A DNA stretch of 64,000 nt from Azolla caroliniana (Eukaryota; Plantae; Polypodiophyta): NCBI GenBank assembly GCA_043228905.1, contig JBHGNT010000003.1, forward strand, positions 6,200,001-6,264,000, written 5' to 3'. The position numbers were made by a program, and so were the translations under genes. Position 1 is the first letter of the stretch. Each line of letters starts with the position of its first letter. This document shows positions 63,921 through 64,000 of this stretch, piece by piece. The notes below the pieces were generated by a model. That model did not search any database, had not been told where the DNA came from, and saw only the letters and a program-made list of their open reading frames with translations.

Positions 63921-64000
63921 TACTCTGCTCCCTTAATGTTGTGGAACTTGTGGATGGAGATGGAGATGGAGGAGGGGATGGGGATGGGAGGTTTTTTGTG

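Overview
Eukaryotic land-plant genomic DNA, probably a fern or other non-seed vascular plant (inferred from the PPR E-motif style, chromovirus relics and microsatellite load; not proven). There are two intact host genes, both on the + strand. (1) MOR1/GEM1 (XMAP215/TOG microtubule polymerase), 20004-36697, which I walked by hand into 54 GT-AG coding exons (6111 nt, about 2036 aa). (2) An intronless gene of about 1022 aa, low-complexity with a C-terminal C3HC4 RING, 48525-51593. The rest is decayed mobile DNA: several L1-clade LINEs, RTE/CR1-like LINE 3' ends, two chromodomain-bearing Ty3/gypsy relics, a hAT-type MITE with an 8-bp TSD, a tRNA-derived element, and tandem duplications, mini- and microsatellites. 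Best leads: a TSD-flanked chimeric retro-insert joining a PPR E-motif fragment to a LINE 3' tail (2176-2876); several retroposon families that all end at or sit in (GA)n/(CT)n microsatellites; a ~200-bp element with two convergent tRNA-like Pol III heads; a candidate in-frame 27-nt microexon in MOR1 made by donor-site duplication; and a phased 32-bp ACGT/G-box array upstream of MOR1. No database searches were run, so family assignments come from motif recognition only.
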